DNA of 64,000 nucleotides from Puniceicoccales bacterium (GTDB lineage Bacteria; Verrucomicrobiota; Verrucomicrobiia; Opitutales; UBA9783): NCBI GenBank assembly GCA_031278975.1, contig JAITJL010000005.1, positions 39,255 to 103,254 of the forward strand, read 5' to 3'. Shown piece by piece: positions 62,014 to 64,000 of this stretch (position 1 is its first letter; each line of letters starts with the position of its first letter). The notes under the pieces were generated by a model. It saw only the letters and a program-made list of their open reading frames with translations, ran no database searches and was not told where the DNA came from. The position numbers and the translations under genes were made by a program.

Positions 62014-62979
62014 ATGCATTGTGTTGGTAAGAAAGTTTTAGCTGAAGAAATTGCCAGCCTCTCAAGAATATATGAGCGTTTTGATGAAGTATCTTTTGCA
62101 AAAGTTGTCTCCGTTATTTTGAATCACCCGGGCAAGGTTGTATTTGCCGGCATCGGAAAATCAGGGTATATTGCCCAAAAGTTGGCTTCAACGTTCAATA
62201 GTACGGGAACGCGCGCTGTATTTTTACATCCAGCTGAGGCTATGCATGGGGATTTTGGCATTTACTCGGAGGGGGATCCAAGCATTTTGTTGTCGCGCAG
62301 TGGTAGTACCGAAGAAGTGCTGCGTTTAATACCGATTTTGAAACAATTTAACTCACCCATCATTGCCTTGGTGGGTAATCTTGCTTCTCCTTTAGCCAGG
62401 CAAGCGGACTTTATTTTGGATGCCTCTATCGTGCGCGAAGCAGACCCGTTGGGATTCATACCTACGTCGAGTACGACGGTTGCCTTAGCTTTAGGAGATG
62501 CCTTGGCCTGTGCGTTGATGGAAGCAAAGGGCTTTCAAAAGAACGACTTTTTTAGGTTTCATCCCGGTGGACAGTTGGGGAAAAATTTGGGCAAGACGGT
62601 GGGAGAATTCACTTGTCCTCTATCGCAGGTGGCCTGCGTTTCTCAAGAAGCTTCTTTACGCTGTATTGTGATTGAGATGACGGAAAAACCTTTGGGAGCG
62701 GCATTTGTTTTGGAGGATGGTAAACGATTGTTGGGATTAATTACGGACGGGGATGTTCGTCGATGCTTGCAATCCTGTAAAGACATAGAGCAAGTGTTTG
62801 CCAAAGATATTATGCAAACGCACCCCATTACCGTTGCGACTTCTTTGAGTCTGGGAGATGCGGTACGTTTAATGGAAGACCGACCTCGCCAATTGAGCAT
62901 ACTGCCGGTTTTTGACGAAAACAGAAACTGTGTGGGACTATTTAGGTTGCACGATGCCTATCGTCGAGAATTAAAATAA
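62014..62979 (+). CDS. kdsD: arabinose-5-phosphate isomerase (KpsF/GutQ/KdsD family)
   Basis: SIS domain (GIGKSGYIAQKLASTFNSTGTRAVFLHPAEAMHGDFG) followed by two CBS repeats. 321 aa. Confidence 0.88.
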   Translation: MHCVGKKVLAEEIASLSRIYERFDEVSFAKVVSVILNHPGKVVFAGIGKSGYIAQKLASTFNSTGTRAVFLHPAEAMHGDFGIYSEGDPSILLSRSGSTEEVLRLIPILKQFNSPIIALVGNLASPLARQADFILDASIVREADPLGFIPTSSTTVALALGDALACALMEAKGFQKNDFFRFHPGGQLGKNLGKTVGEFTCPLSQVACVSQEASLRCIVIEMTEKPLGAAFVLEDGKRLLGLITDGDVRRCLQSCKDIEQVFAKDIMQTHPITVATSLSLGDAVRLMEDRPRQLSILPVFDENRNCVGLFRLHDAYRRELK

Positions 62980-63018
62980 TTTTGCATTTGACCATTAAAA
63001 TGGGTGCATGCCTTTAAC

Positions 63019-63855
63019 TCACTCAGGTAGGGCAACGAAGTTAAAATGTGGTTCACTCAACATCATTTCACCCGATGAGATGTGAATGGTTGAAACGTGC
63101 CTATTATCATCTAATTTAAATAGCTTATAAGAACCGAAATCTTCAAAAACGTTAAATAGTGAGAAGCGTTCTTCTTTTGTTAAACGTTTGTAACACTCTG
63201 ACATAATAATAGGATGGTAAGTTGTTATGATATTGGTTAAGCTCAGTAAGACATCTTTGTCATATCCTTCGGTATCAATTTTAATGAAACTTAACTTTGG
63301 TAAGTACGCTTTCATATTTTCGTTTAAATAAGTTGAAAGATTTATGCCTTTTACCGTTAGTTTATGGGAATGATGATGAGGTTTTGTCTGAATTTTAGAT
63401 AAAAATCCTCCATTACAGAAAGATGCATCGGAGTAATTAAACTCAAATGTCCCGTTTTCTGAAGTGGCCGCACAACACAGTGGAATGATCTGCGCAAGAT
63501 TTTTATTAAGTTGTGCATTGCGCTCTAAAATCTTAAAGACGTATGGATTGGGTTCTAATCCGAGTACTAATCCTTTAGATCCAGCGACAACGGCCATGGG
63601 AACGGTTGTATCTCCCGTGTGTGCGCCGATGTCGATGGCAAAACTGTCTTTGGGAATATATTGCTCATAGAATTGCAACAATTGCTTTGTGATTTCTTTT
63701 TCGGTTTCATAAGGATGCAACCATTGGGCGTATTCCATAAGACCGTAAGGTTCAATGTCGAAATTTTTTAATTTATATCCATATTCGTGAAAGAAATGTT
63801 TGGAACGGATTTTCTGAATTTTTTTGTTTATCCACTTTGAAATTTTACGTAACAT
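63019..63855 (-). CDS. FkbM-family SAM-dependent methyltransferase
   Basis: FAIDIGAHTGDTTVPMA...GLVLGLEPNPYVFKILERNAQLN and FIKIDTEGYD match the FkbM-type motif pattern (DxGAxxG...EPxP...N; K.D.EG.E). AT-rich: about 32% GC on the one 60-nt line I counted. Confidence 0.75.
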   Translation of the reverse strand: MLRKISKWINKKIQKIRSKHFFHEYGYKLKNFDIEPYGLMEYAQWLHPYETEKEITKQLLQFYEQYIPKDSFAIDIGAHTGDTTVPMAVVAGSKGLVLGLEPNPYVFKILERNAQLNKNLAQIIPLCCAATSENGTFEFNYSDASFCNGGFLSKIQTKPHHHSHKLTVKGINLSTYLNENMKAYLPKLSFIKIDTEGYDKDVLLSLTNIITTYHPIIMSECYKRLTKEERFSLFNVFEDFGSYKLFKLDDNRHVSTIHISSGEMMLSEPHFNFVALPE

Positions 63856-64000
63856 GACTATTATGTAGATAGTAAGTGTTTACGTGTACAAGGCTATTTT
63901 TTAATAACTTTAGGAGTTGACAAAAAGTTTTTTGTTAAAAGATGATAATCTTGCATGTTCAAGTACAGTAAATATTTTACTGTAGCTTTGTGTTTGGCTA

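Noticed and set aside
63964-63984. Palindrome tacagtaaa-tat-tttactgta upstream of the FkbM gene near the window end.
   Set aside because: It is a short AT-only stem at the edge of the window with no context. I cannot distinguish an operator, a terminator of an unseen upstream gene, or chance.

Overview
This 64-kb window comes from a moderately AT-rich bacterial chromosome. Spot counts give roughly 40-48% GC in core genes and about 27-37% in a few accessory genes. The cell envelope looks Gram-negative (tolB, an lptF/G-family permease, kdsD). About 90% of the window is housekeeping.

Gene content from 5' to 3':
- rpoN overlapping sucCD, then a cold-shock gene.
- A decayed aromatic-amino-acid (HAAAP) permease pseudogene.
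- tolB, an lptF/G-like permease, dnaG-rpoD.
- An AT-rich stand-alone ABC exporter.
- On the minus strand: rplU-rpmA, rluD, a MATE transporter and a beta-CASP MBL nuclease.
- A 767-aa proline-rich protein.
- argS, prfA, ybeY, a polytopic membrane protein, an oversized GspK-like pseudopilin, rpiB, pyrG.
- tRNA-Leu followed directly by a GT10 fucosyltransferase.
- An uninterrupted ~30-kb plus-strand block: tRNA-Thr-tuf-tRNA-Trp-secE-nusG-rplKAJL-rpoBC-rpsLG-fusA-S10/spc/alpha operons-rplQ.
- A small Cys-rich ORF, kdsD, and a convergent FkbM-type methyltransferase.

I saw no CRISPR array, transposase, integrase, prophage or recognisable defence system, and no clear multi-gene novel system.

The most interesting locus is 19.06-21.4 kb. 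A near-consensus sigma-54 promoter sits 24 nt upstream of a secretion-signal-less protein carrying an FH1/formin-like (G/V)PPPPP x3 block. This looks like a candidate host-cytoskeleton effector, and rpoN is encoded in the same window.

Secondary oddities:
- DnaG has lost 3 of 4 zinc-ribbon ligands.
- SecY has an extra C-terminal transmembrane helix.
- S11 has a ~42-aa N-terminal extension.
- The GspK-like gene is an orphan and about twice normal size.
- AT-rich glycan-type genes (ABC flippase-like, GT10, FkbM) are scattered among core genes.

Together with the permease pseudogene, this suggests a host-associated lifestyle. The lineage could be PVC-like, but I cannot assign taxonomy from the sequence alone. 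All functional calls rest on motif recognition by eye, and no searches were run.
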